64,000 nt of DNA from Rikenellaceae bacterium (GTDB taxonomy: Bacteria; Bacteroidota; Bacteroidia; Bacteroidales; Rikenellaceae). Made by a program: the position numbers and the translations under genes. Positions 29,311-39,070 of the stretch are shown here, one piece after another; the stretch's first letter is position 1, and each line of letters starts with the position of its first letter. The notes beneath the pieces are model-generated. The model was not told where the DNA came from. It saw only the letters and a program-made list of their open reading frames with translations, and searched no databases. The DNA lies in the NCBI GenBank assembly GCA_021201795.1, contig JAJQEF010000016.1, forward strand, positions 20,531 to 84,530, written 5' to 3'.

Positions 29311-30914
29311 ATGAAAACTATTTTACGATTGTCAGGCATAGCGCTGATCGCTGTGTTTCTGAGTATTGCGCATTGTATGGCTTCAGCCGGAGGATATTAC
29401 AATGTCAGGGATTACGGTGCTGCCGGAGACGGGAAAAATATCGATAGCGATGCCGTTAACGAGGCAATAAAAGCGGCTGCTTCAGCCGGAGGCGGTACGG
29501 TTTATTTTCCAGCGGGAACTTATTCGTGTTATTCGATAAGATTGGAAAATAATATCCGTATTTACCTGGATATGGGAGCGGTAATCAAAGCTGCCGTTGC
29601 GACGCAGGATAAAGGTTATGGTCTGCCGGAAGAAAATCCTAATAACAAATACCAGGACTTCGGACACAGCCACTGGAAGAACAGTCTTATCTGGGGAATC
29701 GGTATTCATGATATCGCAATCGAAGGACACGGAATGATCGATGGACCCGAAGGCCTTGCAAGAGGAGAAAGAAGATCGGCAGGAATCAACGGAGCCAACA
29801 AAGACATCGCTCTGAAAGAATGTTGGAACGTGACGATACGGGATGTGTCCATGCTTATGTGCGGACATTTTGCTCTCCTTGCGACAGGAGTTGACAATAT
29901 GATACTCGATAATCTTACGGTCGATACCAACCGGGACGGATTCGACATAGATTGCTGTTCTAATGTATCGGTAATTAACTGCCGGGTAAATACACTGAAC
30001 GACGATGCCATAGTTCTTAAAAGCTCTTATGGCCTTGGATATGCCAAGGCGACGGAGAACGTGACCTAACGAACTGCATCGTATCAGGGTATGATCCGGG
30101 AATAATGATGGACGGAACCTTTGGACGTACTATCGAACGTGCGCCGGACAGGGACGGACCGACCGGAAGAATAAAATTCGGAACCGAATCGAACGGAGGG
30201 TTTAAAAATATAACGATAACGAACTGTACGTTCGACCGCTGCCGCGGACTTGCGATAGAGACTGTCGACGGAGGAGTTATCGAGGATGTAGTAGTCAATA
30301 ATATCGCTATGCGCGATATATCCAATTTCCCCATATACATTCGTCTGGGCAACAGGGCGAGGGGGCCGGAAGAATCGACTCCAGTAGCCAGGATAAGAAG
30401 GGTGAGTATATCGAATTTAACGGTTAAAAATGCAGACTGCCGTTATGCTTCCATTATTGCCGGTATTCCCGGACATCCTGTAGAAGATATATTTTTAAGC
30501 AATATAAACATAGAATATAAAGGCGGACTTACTATCGGGGATGCGGCGAATCAGCCGGAACATCTTGTGAATAATTTCTTTACACGGAACGAACCCAACG
30601 CGCCGCGTGATCCGTTCGATGTTCCGGAACGTATAAAAGATTATCCGGAGCCGAGTACTATGGGAATTCTTCCTGCATACGGATTTTTCGTACGCCATGC
30701 GAAAGATGTGGAGATGCACAATGTAAAGGTAACTTATATGGAGGAAGATACCCGTGTTCCTTATTTGTTCATCGATGTAGACGGACTTACTTTCAGTAAT
30801 GTTAAAGGGCAATCCCCGGAAGGAACCCCGGTTTTCCATATGAAAAAAGTATTGAACTTCGTCCCTCTTACTCCGCTGGATCCGGACCGCTATGCTTTCC
30901 CGGATATGGATTAA
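29311..30914 (+). pseudogene. glycoside hydrolase family 28 (polygalacturonase/rhamnogalacturonase-like), frameshifted
   Basis: ORFs 29311..30069 and 30105..30914 lie in different frames. The protein reads through as ..KATENVT|TNCIVSGYDPG.. if one nt is restored near 30063-30070. GH28 motifs NRDGFDIDCC and NDDAIVLKS are present. Confidence 0.8.
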
Positions 30915-30917
30915 TTT

Positions 30918-30943
30918 AAAAGACTGCTTAAAGGCAGTCTTTT
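30918..30943. terminator. bidirectional terminator hairpin
   Basis: aaaagactgc-ttaaag-gcagtctttt between the convergent GH28 and cobB genes. Confidence 0.6.
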
Positions 30944-31632
30944 TTTAATTTCTCAGAGAGAAATGGAAGTCCCTCTGCCGCCCTCATTTTTATTATTTCG
31001 ACCTCGTTCCTGATTCCGGAAATATCCGGATCGTTGGGATCGACCACGTAAACTTTAGTATTCTCTTTTACATAACGTACAAGCGATGCTGCCGGATACA
31101 CGGCAAGAGATGTACCTGCTACAATAAATATATCTGCTTCTTCCGCTATCTTCACTGCGGAGTCGAACATTGGTACGGATTCCCCGAAAAAAACCACAAA
31201 TGGACGTAATAAAGATTCTTTTGCGCATCTTGCCTCAGGATCCTGTTCCCATCCTTCTATGGGATAGATAAGGTTATCATCGACGGAACTGCGGAGCTTA
31301 CGGAGTTCCCCATGAAGGTGCAGCACATTACTGCTTCCCGCACGTTCATGAAGATCGTCGATATTTTGCGTAATTATCCGGACGTCGAACAATTCTTCCA
31401 GTTCCTTCAGAACACAATGTCCCGCATTAGGTTCTTTGGAGAGAAGTTCCTTACGACGCATATTGTAAAATTCCAGTACCTGCGGACGATTGCGGGCAAG
31501 AGCTTCCGGGGTGCATACATCTTCTATCCGGTATTTGGCCCACAGTCCGTCTTCGTCTCGGAACGTTCCTATTCCGCTGTCCGCGCTTACCCCCGCTCCG
31601 GTAAATACAACGAGTTTTTTTCTATCGACCAT
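30928..31632 (-). CDS. cobB: NAD-dependent protein deacylase (class III sirtuin), Zn-ribbon cysteines absent
   Basis: GAGVSADSGIGTFRD, TQNIDDLHERAG, HG. EFYNMRRKE matches the Y..R acyl-pocket signature of class III sirtuins. The start is taken at the internal ATG (MVDRKKLVVFTGAG); the ORF extends to 31695. Confidence 0.85.
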   Translation of the reverse strand: MVDRKKLVVFTGAGVSADSGIGTFRDEDGLWAKYRIEDVCTPEALARNRPQVLEFYNMRRKELLSKEPNAGHCVLKELEELFDVRIITQNIDDLHERAGSSNVLHLHGELRKLRSSVDDNLIYPIEGWEQDPEARCAKESLLRPFVVFFGESVPMFDSAVKIAEEADIFIVAGTSLAVYPAASLVRYVKENTKVYVVDPNDPDISGIRNEVEIIKMRAAEGLPFLSEKLKKDCL

Positions 31633-31894
31633 TTTCTGATGAATACTGTTTAAGCGCCCGGGCGAGCTGATCCGGACACGAGGTGCCTTTGCCATTGCAG
31701 TTTATTCCTTCGAGGCGTGCGATGATATGTTCAGCTGCCATTCCTGACATGAGGGCTGCGATTCCCTGTGAATTGCCGCTGCACCCTCCGGAGATCATAA
31801 CTTTTTTTATTATTCCTCTGTCGTTTATTTCGATATCCATCCTGCGGGCGCATACGCCCTGCGGGATATATTCGATGTATTTCGTTGTTTCCAT
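31622..31894 (-). CDS. TSCPD-domain small protein (TIGR03905-like)
   Basis: 90 aa with four Cys, including the literal TSCPD motif (NCNGKGTSCPDQLA). Overlaps the cobB start by 11 nt. Confidence 0.7.
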   Translation of the reverse strand: METTKYIEYIPQGVCARRMDIEINDRGIIKKVMISGGCSGNSQGIAALMSGMAAEHIIARLEGINCNGKGTSCPDQLARALKQYSSENGR

Positions 31895-31899
31895 TTATT

Positions 31900-32508
31900 T
31901 TATTTTATTCCTGCGCTTTGTAAAACGTCTATTATCGTAGGATATGTATCTTTCATGTATTCATGTATTTCATTTTCAGTCACCCATCTTGCTTCCGAAA
32001 TATTCTCTTCCGTTTGCGGAACAGGTTTTTCGGATCCGTGATATTCCATCAGGTACCACTTTGTCGGTTTTGCTATCCATTCACCCCTCAGTTCATAAAG
32101 GTGGCAAGTTTCCGTAAGAAACTTTTTTCTTTCGACTCCGTTTATTCCGCATTCTTCCTCAACTTCGCGTACGGCACAGGTTTTACAATCCTCATCCTCT
32201 TCGGTTTTTCCTTTGGGCAGGTCCCATTTGTCCAGTCTGCGTATCATAAGGATGTCATTTCTGTCGTTACATACGACTCCGCCCGCCGCGGGAATAATGC
32301 GGAACAGAAAAAGGATTTCATTTTTCTTTTCGATTATGTCATTGCATATTAATACCGTCCGTTTGGTATTTTGAAGTTTTTGTAACAACTTTGTCCTTCC
32401 GACTTGGTCTGCGGTAAAATTTTCATCGGACATAATTTCTCCGTCGTTGTATTTTGCCGCGTCGTTGTCGATTATCAATACGTTGTCGTTAAGATAGATT
32501 TTATACAT
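31900..32508 (-). CDS. NUDIX hydrolase with N-terminal extension
   Basis: Nudix box GKTEEDEDCKTCAVREVEEECGI. 5 nt upstream of the TSCPD gene. Confidence 0.85.
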   Translation of the reverse strand: MYKIYLNDNVLIIDNDAAKYNDGEIMSDENFTADQVGRTKLLQKLQNTKRTVLICNDIIEKKNEILFLFRIIPAAGGVVCNDRNDILMIRRLDKWDLPKGKTEEDEDCKTCAVREVEEECGINGVERKKFLTETCHLYELRGEWIAKPTKWYLMEYHGSEKPVPQTEENISEARWVTENEIHEYMKDTYPTIIDVLQSAGIK

Positions 32509-32513
32509 TTGAA

Positions 32514-33146
32514 ATGAGCAATATTAGTAAAGAAATCGCTAAAAGCCTTCTGCAAATTAAGGCAATAAAATTAAATCCGGCAAACCATTTTACATGGGCA
32601 TCAGGGTGGTTCTCCCCCATATACTGCGATAACCGCAAGATTTTATCTTTTCCGGAAGTAAGGAAGCAGGTATACAAAAGCTTTGCAAAAATAATTTCCG
32701 AAAAATATCCCGACGCGGATGTTATCGCGGGAGTTGCGACCGGAGCCATAGCTCACGGAGCACTTGTAGCGGAAGAAATGGGTAAACCTTTTATTTACGT
32801 TCGCTCTTCTCCCAAATTCCACGGGCTCACGAATCAGGTCGAGGGGAGTTACAATAAAGGGGATAAAGTAGTTGTTGTCGAGGATCTTGTATCTACCGGA
32901 GGAAGCAGCCTTAATGCCGTAGAAGCATTGCGCGATGCGGGATGCGAAGTACAGGGAATGGCGGCTATTTTTACTTACGGCTTCCCGGATGCGGAACAAA
33001 ATTTCCGAAAGGCGGGAGTTAAACTGGATACGCTCAGTGATTACGGCACCATGATTGAGCTCGCGATAGAGCAGGGTTATGTTAAACCGGAAGAACTCGA
33101 AACATTGCAGGAATGGCGTAAAAGTCCGCAAACTTGGAAAAAGTAA
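32514..33146 (+). CDS. pyrE: orotate phosphoribosyltransferase
   Basis: 210 aa. PRPP-binding loop VVVVEDLVSTGGS. Confidence 0.93.
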   Translation: MSNISKEIAKSLLQIKAIKLNPANHFTWASGWFSPIYCDNRKILSFPEVRKQVYKSFAKIISEKYPDADVIAGVATGAIAHGALVAEEMGKPFIYVRSSPKFHGLTNQVEGSYNKGDKVVVVEDLVSTGGSSLNAVEALRDAGCEVQGMAAIFTYGFPDAEQNFRKAGVKLDTLSDYGTMIELAIEQGYVKPEELETLQEWRKSPQTWKK

Positions 33147-33151
33147 AAAGA

Positions 33152-33562
33152 ATGGAGAAATACGAGAGTAAACAGGTAAAAATAAATAAACCGGCATCGA
33201 TGGTATACATGTCGATATCCGACTTCAACAACTTCACGCCGATGTTACAGGATAAAGTCGATGACTGGAATGTGGACGGAGATACGTGTTCCTTTAAAAT
33301 AAAAGGGTTCCCGGCCCGTTTACGTATTATGGAGAAGACACCGTGCGAATGTATAAAAATTACCGGCGACGAGGGTTCGCCGTTCGAGTTTTTTTTCTGG
33401 ATCCAGCTCAAGCAGATTGCGGATAACGATACGCGGATGAAGTTGACAATGCACGTAAAACTGAATATGATGATGAAAATGATGGTCGGTAAAAAATTGG
33501 AAAAAGGTATCGATGAGATGGCCGAGAAAATGGCCGAAGCATTCAATAATATTCCCGGATAA
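33152..33562 (+). CDS. SRPBCC-like small protein
   Basis: About 136 aa. The pattern resembles the START/SRPBCC fold, but recognition is weak. An alternative start at 33134 overlaps pyrE. Confidence 0.4.
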   Translation: MEKYESKQVKINKPASMVYMSISDFNNFTPMLQDKVDDWNVDGDTCSFKIKGFPARLRIMEKTPCECIKITGDEGSPFEFFFWIQLKQIADNDTRMKLTMHVKLNMMMKMMVGKKLEKGIDEMAEKMAEAFNNIPG

Positions 33563-33573
33563 TAAGAAATTAT

Positions 33574-34176
33574 ATGAAAAGAAGATACTTAGCCTTAATT
33601 ACCATTGCTCTTCTGGTACTGGATCAGGTCGTAAAAATATGGGTCAAAACTCACATGACACTTGACCAGTATTTTTTAATTTTCGGGGAATGGTTCCAGA
33701 TAAGGTTCCTTGAGAATCCGGGAGCGGCTTATGGATTCCAGTTCGGAGGAGATTACGGCAAACTTTTCCTGAGCCTGTTCCGGATCGCTGCGGTGGCGTT
33801 CCTTGCTTATTTTATAAACAGGCTGGTTAAGCATAATGCACCTAAGGGAGTATTGATAGGCTTCTTACTGATATTTGCCGGTGCGATAGGCAATATTATC
33901 GACAGTGCGTTTTACGGACTTATATTCAGTGAATCCACATACAGTACGGTTGCCGTAATGTTTCCGGAAGGAGGGTGGTATGGTTCGTTCCTGCATGGCA
34001 AGGTAGTGGATATGCTTTATTTTCCTATAATAAACAGCACATATCCTTCATGGTTCCCGGTAGTGGGGGGAGAGGATTTCACATTTTTCAGCCCTATATT
34101 CAACGTAGCTGATTCTTATATAACCATAGGAGTTTTATACCTTCTCCTATTTCAGTATAAATTCTTTAAAAAATAA
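33574..34176 (+). CDS. lspA: lipoprotein signal peptidase II
   Basis: Four TM helices. NPGAAYGF, GNIIDS and VVDMLYF/FNVAD motifs. Confidence 0.9.
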   Translation: MKRRYLALITIALLVLDQVVKIWVKTHMTLDQYFLIFGEWFQIRFLENPGAAYGFQFGGDYGKLFLSLFRIAAVAFLAYFINRLVKHNAPKGVLIGFLLIFAGAIGNIIDSAFYGLIFSESTYSTVAVMFPEGGWYGSFLHGKVVDMLYFPIINSTYPSWFPVVGGEDFTFFSPIFNVADSYITIGVLYLLLFQYKFFKK

Positions 34177-34585
34177 TGATTACCTACGAATGTAAGATAC
34201 GTGTACGTTACGGAGAGACCGATCAGATGGGTTTTTATATCATACCCGTTATGTCGACTACTATGACGTCGCGCGTACCGAGATGATACGCAGTCTCGGA
34301 AGTTCCAATCATGAGCTTGAAGGAAGCGGTGTAATGCTTCCTGTTTTGAAAGTCGAATCTAATTACCGCAATTCTGCATATTATGACGATCTGTTGACTG
34401 TCAGGGTTACCCTGTCGCGTATGCCGACTGTGAAAATGAAATTCGATTACGAAGTTTACCGTGAAAACGGCGAACTTATCAACACGGCGAGTGTTACCCT
34501 TGCATTTATGAACAGCACTACCAGTAAAGCATGCCGTCCGCCGGGATGGTTCGTAGATATAATAAAACCATATTTTGAAAAATAA
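34176..34585 (+). pseudogene. YbgC-type acyl-CoA thioesterase, frameshifted
   Basis: ATG at 34176 (TAATG overlap with lspA) gives MITYECKIRVRYGETDQMGF. The frame then breaks at the T-run 34232-34236. The -1 frame continues YHTRYVDYYDVARTEMIRSLG..VMLPVLKVES (ORF 34283..34585). Confidence 0.75.
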
Positions 34586-34609
34586 AAAAGCGGAGAGAAG
34601 CCGCTTTTT
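34584..34609. terminator. bidirectional terminator hairpin
   Basis: aaaaaagcgg-agagaag-ccgctttttt between the convergent thioesterase and OsmC-family genes. Confidence 0.65.
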
Positions 34610-35016
34610 TATTTGGTATATGTGTATTTTATCGTTTGTTTAGTGTCCGGATGCAGGCTGTGTGCGACAGGACAACTGTTAGCTGCTGCCTCAAGGATTC
34701 TTTTCGTTTTATCGTCGTAATCCTGCGGGAATGTAATATCCACGATTATCTCGGATATTCTTCTGGGGTCGGTTCCCATGATCTTCGTAGTATCTATAAT
34801 GGTTCCGTCGATATCGAATCCGTGGGTTCTTGCCGCAATACCCATAATTGTAAGCATACAGCTTCCTAATGCTGCAGCGACAAGGTCGGTAGGAGAAAAT
34901 GTTTCTCCTTTGCCGTTATTGTCTACCGGAGCATCGGTAGCGATTACTGTATCTGACTTAAGATGGGTTATCTCGGTTCTGAGATCGCCTGTATAAATTG
35001 TTTTTGTAGTTGCCAT
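34609..35016 (-). CDS. OsmC-family peroxiredoxin-like protein
   Basis: 135 aa. Two conserved Cys contexts, LGSCM and ANSCPV. Confidence 0.8.
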   Translation of the reverse strand: MATTKTIYTGDLRTEITHLKSDTVIATDAPVDNNGKGETFSPTDLVAAALGSCMLTIMGIAARTHGFDIDGTIIDTTKIMGTDPRRISEIIVDITFPQDYDDKTKRILEAAANSCPVAHSLHPDTKQTIKYTYTK

Positions 35017-35027
35017 AGGTTTTATTT

Positions 35028-36524
35028 TTAACTTTGTTCTTTAAGAATAACGTCGTGTGCCCCGCCTTCGACAATACTTGTCGAAGAAACAAGTGTTATT
35101 TTAGCATTCGCTTGGAGTTCCCTGATGTCGATCGTACCGCAACTGCACATTGTAGATTTGATCTTACCCAAAGTGATCTCCAGATTATCCTTCATTTTAC
35201 CTGCATAAGGAACATAACTGTCGACCCCTTCTTCGAATTTAAGCGATTCCGAACCGCCGCTGTCGTATCTCTGCCAGTTTTGCGCCCTGTTAGAACCTTC
35301 TCCCCAATATTCTTTTACGTAATTGTTTCCTATTTTGAGGCGTTTGCTTGGCGATTCATCGAAACGCGCGAAGTAACGACCCATCATAAGGAAGTCCGCT
35401 CCCATTGCGAGAGCCAGTACCATGTGATAATCATGAACAAGCCCCCCGTCGCTGCATATAGGTACATAATATCCTGTTTTAGCCGCATATTCGTCACGTG
35501 CCTTTGCCACGTCTATAAGTGCTGTCGCCTGTCCGCGTCCGATACCCTTCTGCTCTCGTGTGATACAAATGGAACCTCCCCCTATACCTACTTTTATAAA
35601 GTCCGCTCCAGCCTCGACAAGATAATTAAAACCTTCGGCATCTACGACATTTCCCGCACCCACGAGAACCTTGCCTGCGTAATTTTTCTTTATCCATTTT
35701 AAAGTGTCGCACTGCCATTCGGAATATCCGTCAGAAGAATCGATACAAAGTACATCTACGCCGGCTTCGACCAATGCAGGTACGCGTTCCATGTAATCGC
35801 GTGAGTTTATCCCTGCTCCTACCAGAAGTTTTTTATCCGTCGGATCGGATAGTTCATATGGATTCTCACGGTGGCTGTCGTAGTCTTTACGGAATACGAA
35901 ATACTGGAGATTCTGATCCTTATCTATAATAGGCAGAGTATTGAGTTTATTATCCCAGATAATATTGTTTGCTTCAGATAATGAAATTCCTACTTTTCCC
36001 GTTACCAGTTTGGAGAACGGTGTCATAAATTCCTTAACAGGAGTGTTGTTATCGTCTTTGCCTTCCCTGTAATCACGACTGGTGACCATTCCCAGGAGTT
36101 TGCCGTTAGGCGTGCCGTCTTCAGTTACTCCTATTGTAGAATGTCCCGTACGTTTTACGATTGCCAGAACTTCCGCAAGGGTGCTGTCCGGTTTGACATT
36201 CGAATCGCTGACTACGAAACCAGCCTTAAATTTTTTAACTTTTCGGACCATTTCCGCCTGGCTTGCAATAGGCTGGGAGCCGAAGATAAATGAAAGCCCC
36301 CCGTTACGGGCAAGTGCTATGGCAAGCCCGTCATCCGATACTGCCTGCATTATGGCCGACACAAAAGGAATATTAAGCTCTATCTGTGATTTTTCGCCTG
36401 TTCTGTGCTTCACCAGAGGTGTTTTCAGTGAAACGTTTCCCGGAAGGCATTCTTTCGTAGTAAGCCCCGGAAGTAAGAGGTATTCGCCGAAAGTCCTTGA
36501 TACGTCGTCTAAATAAACTGCCAT
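35028..36524 (-). CDS. guaB: IMP dehydrogenase
   Basis: Catalytic loop [15 protein letters not shown] pair, 498 aa. Confidence 0.95.
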   Translation of the reverse strand: MAVYLDDVSRTFGEYLLLPGLTTKECLPGNVSLKTPLVKHRTGEKSQIELNIPFVSAIMQAVSDDGLAIALARNGGLSFIFGSQPIASQAEMVRKVKKFKAGFVVSDSNVKPDSTLAEVLAIVKRTGHSTIGVTEDGTPNGKLLGMVTSRDYREGKDDNNTPVKEFMTPFSKLVTGKVGISLSEANNIIWDNKLNTLPIIDKDQNLQYFVFRKDYDSHRENPYELSDPTDKKLLVGAGINSRDYMERVPALVEAGVDVLCIDSSDGYSEWQCDTLKWIKKNYAGKVLVGAGNVVDAEGFNYLVEAGADFIKVGIGGGSICITREQKGIGRGQATALIDVAKARDEYAAKTGYYVPICSDGGLVHDYHMVLALAMGADFLMMGRYFARFDESPSKRLKIGNNYVKEYWGEGSNRAQNWQRYDSGGSESLKFEEGVDSYVPYAGKMKDNLEITLGKIKSTMCSCGTIDIRELQANAKITLVSSTSIVEGGAHDVILKEQS

Positions 36525-36564
36525 AGTGCCTTATTTATTAGTGTTTTCTACTTTGTAAATTTCG

Positions 36565-36572
36565 CAAAAATA
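36565..36572 (-). promoter_or_regulatory. -7 promoter motif TATTTTTG
   Basis: The reverse complement of caaaaata lies 41 nt upstream of the guaB ATG. Confidence 0.4.
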
Positions 36573-36632
36573 ATTATTTTTTTGCACAAACAGGCGTAGC
36601 AAGGCAAAAAAATGTTTGCATATATGTATAAA

Positions 36633-36659
36633 AAAACCGCCTGACTTCCAGGCGGTTTT
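36633..36659 (-). terminator. intrinsic terminator
   Basis: aaaaccgcctg-acttc-caggcggtttt with a T-tract on the minus strand, downstream of the lipoprotein gene. Confidence 0.7.
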
Positions 36660-36678
36660 CGACAGGTACCCTTAAAAA

Positions 36679-37311
36679 TTATTTTTTAATTATTCCGTTC
36701 TTGGCAAGGTCGTTTATAATTTCCTCCGAGAAGCTCTGGGCAAGGTCCCTGCTATTGGCAGGATCGTAGCTCCGCGTTTGTGCGGAATAAATAAGCTTGT
36801 CGTCAGGAAGGGAGTACAGGTCCGCGTCCAATACATAGGTAGTGGATGTGGTAAAATACCCAGGACTATAAATGTTGTCATACGTAGAGCGATATCTTCC
36901 ATAGTAACCGTAATATGCAGGCCCGTAAGGGCTGTAATATGCGCTTCCGGGAGTGTAGTTGATTTGTTTATCCTTATCGGTCAGGCAAACAATAATTATT
37001 GAGCTGTATCCTTCATCTGTCAGTTTTTTATTTACCTTTTCCTGTGTAAGGTTGCCGAATCCGCGCGGACCGAATTCAGATGTTCCGGTCATTGCCGTAA
37101 TTCCTTCTGCGGCCATATCCCTGACCATCGTTTTTTCGATATAATCCTTTGCCTCGCGGTCTTCCATCATGCCTAATACGAGAACCTTGCTCATAGCCGT
37201 GACGGATATATGCGGAGTTCTCCATGTTGAAACCACCCTTGTTTGGGTACCACAGGATATAATGACCAATGCCAGCAATACTGGCGAAAATATAAATAAA
37301 AGTTTTCTCAT
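36679..37311 (-). CDS. lipoprotein (possibly DUF4136-like), Tyr/Gly-rich segment
   Basis: Lipobox LVIISC. YYSPYGPAYYGYYGRYRSTYDNIYSPGY low-complexity stretch. Family recognition is weak. Confidence 0.45.
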   Translation of the reverse strand: MRKLLFIFSPVLLALVIISCGTQTRVVSTWRTPHISVTAMSKVLVLGMMEDREAKDYIEKTMVRDMAAEGITAMTGTSEFGPRGFGNLTQEKVNKKLTDEGYSSIIIVCLTDKDKQINYTPGSAYYSPYGPAYYGYYGRYRSTYDNIYSPGYFTTSTTYVLDADLYSLPDDKLIYSAQTRSYDPANSRDLAQSFSEEIINDLAKNGIIKK

Positions 37312-37560
37312 AGTTGTATTATTTTTTATAAATAACTCAACTTCAATGCCATCGTTGAAGATGTCGGATCAGACGTGCGGGATGGTTCAGCTCTTATTTT
37401 CTATATTAATGTAATCATTGATGATTACTTCGATCGACAGTTCCATTCGTCGGTAACTTCAATCGACTGTCGGATAAATAACTTATACGCCGATAATCAG
37501 AAGTTTGTTCCGTGAATCTAAATTTCGTGTTTATTAAACCTTTCCGGAATATTCCTGTAA

Positions 37561-37594
37561 AAAAATAGAGGCTGGAAATACCAGCCTCTATTTT
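37561..37594 (-). terminator. intrinsic terminator after phoU
   Basis: aaaatagaggctgg-aaata-ccagcctctatttt immediately after the phoU stop. Confidence 0.7.
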
Positions 37595-38265
37595 TATTCT
37601 TCCTTCTTGTGGATGTGCTTTAACACTTTGGCTTCCACATAGAATACTATATCTTCTGCAATGTTGCTGCACCTGTCGCCGATGCGCTCGATGCGTCGGA
37701 TCGCAGATGTCAGGATAAGCGCATCCGGAAGAATATCCGTGTCCGTCTTGATATATTTTGTTATAAGCTCGAGCGATGAGATATTTATTTCATCTACGAG
37801 ATTATCCTTTGCGAATACCTTGCCCGCTACCACCGGATCCTCGTTAGCGAGCGCGTGCTTGCATAAGGACAGCATATCCGACACCTCGATGAACATCTGT
37901 TCGAGGCGGAGTTCTTCCTTCATAGCAGGGGTTATTTTGTCAAGCCTGCCTTCCGCAATGAAGCGTGAAATTCCTTCGGCAAAGTCTCCTATGCGTTCCA
38001 GGTTATTATTGATCTTAACGACCGAGAGTATAAGGCGCAGGTCCACTGCTACCGGAGTTAAGAGGGCGAAGAAGTTTTCGCATTCGCGGTCGATGACCAA
38101 CTCGTAAGAGTTTACCATTTTCTCCCTGCTGATAACTTCGTTAGCGTAATCTTTGTTGTTTTCGAGTAGAGCAAGGCCTGCTTTGTCAACCTGTCCTTCC
38201 ACGAGCACCCACATTTCTGCGAGTGCCTTCTTTATATTTTTTATAGATGCTTCTGCGTGTTTCAT
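37594..38265 (-). CDS. phoU: phosphate signalling complex protein PhoU
   Basis: 223 aa. Two PhoU repeats, each with an ERIGD motif. Last gene of the pst operon. Confidence 0.92.
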   Translation of the reverse strand: MKHAEASIKNIKKALAEMWVLVEGQVDKAGLALLENNKDYANEVISREKMVNSYELVIDRECENFFALLTPVAVDLRLILSVVKINNNLERIGDFAEGISRFIAEGRLDKITPAMKEELRLEQMFIEVSDMLSLCKHALANEDPVVAGKVFAKDNLVDEINISSLELITKYIKTDTDILPDALILTSAIRRIERIGDRCSNIAEDIVFYVEAKVLKHIHKKEE

Positions 38266-38315
38266 TTTGGTTTTATTTTTTAATTACGTAATTCTATAAA
38301 CTGATAATGTAATTG

Positions 38316-39068
38316 TTAACCGAATCTTCCCGTTACGTAATTTTGTGTAGCCTCCTTTGACGGAGCGGTAAATATTTTATCCGTGTTATCGTATTCTACA
38401 AGTTCACCCAGATAGAAGAATGCTGTCTTGTCGCTCACGCGCGCTGCCTGCTGCATGTTATGGGTGACGATTACGATCGTGTAATCCCTCTTTAGTTCAT
38501 ATATAAGGTCCTCTACCTTCGACGTGGAGATGGGATCGAGCGCCGAAGCAGGTTCATCCATAAGGATGATCTGCTGAGATACCGCCATTGTCCTTGCAAT
38601 GCATAATCTCTGCTGCTGTCCGCCTGAGAGTTCGAATGCAGATTTTTTCAATTTATCTTTTACTTCATCCCAAAGCGCAGCACCTTTGAGCGACTCTTCG
38701 ACGCGCTGTTCGATAAATTTACTGTCCCGTATTCCGTTTACGCGAAGACCGTATGCTACGTTCTCGAAGATCGATTTAGGGAACGGATTAGGCTTCTGGA
38801 ACACCATGCCCACCTTTTTGCGGAGTTCGACTACTTCCGTTTGTCTGCCGTAGATATTTTCGCCGTCGATAACGATGTCTCCCATTAATTTAGAACCGTC
38901 GATCAGGTCGTTCATCCTGTTGAGTAGGCGAAGAAACGTAGATTTTCCACAGCCCGAAGGGCCTATAAATGCAGTTACTGAATTTTTCTCTATATCAAGG
39001 TTTATATTCTTTAGCGCGTGGAAGTCACCGTAGTAAAAATCCACATTCTTTGCACTGATATTTATCAT
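38316..39068 (-). CDS. pstB: phosphate ABC transporter ATP-binding protein
   Basis: [28 protein letters not shown]. Confidence 0.96.
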   Translation of the reverse strand: MINISAKNVDFYYGDFHALKNINLDIEKNSVTAFIGPSGCGKSTFLRLLNRMNDLIDGSKLMGDIVIDGENIYGRQTEVVELRKKVGMVFQKPNPFPKSIFENVAYGLRVNGIRDSKFIEQRVEESLKGAALWDEVKDKLKKSAFELSGGQQQRLCIARTMAVSQQIILMDEPASALDPISTSKVEDLIYELKRDYTIVIVTHNMQQAARVSDKTAFFYLGELVEYDNTDKIFTAPSKEATQNYVTGRFG

Positions 39069-39070
39069 TT

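Noticed and set aside
30928-31632. The SIR2-domain protein as an anti-phage NADase effector (Thoeris, DSR or SIR2-HerA type).
   Set aside because: It is a short (about 234 aa) stand-alone class III sirtuin with the deacylase signature. It has no fused sensor domain or partner ATPase/pAgo/TIR gene, and it sits in housekeeping context.
37561-37625. An apparent 1-nt disagreement between my hand count of an A-run and a T-run near the phoU stop and the frames given in the ORF track.
   Set aside because: I attribute this to my own miscounting of homopolymers across line breaks. The ORF track is internally consistent. As a result, hairpin and motif coordinates are quoted with 1-2 nt uncertainty, and the frameshift calls rely on the track frames rather than on my run-length counts.
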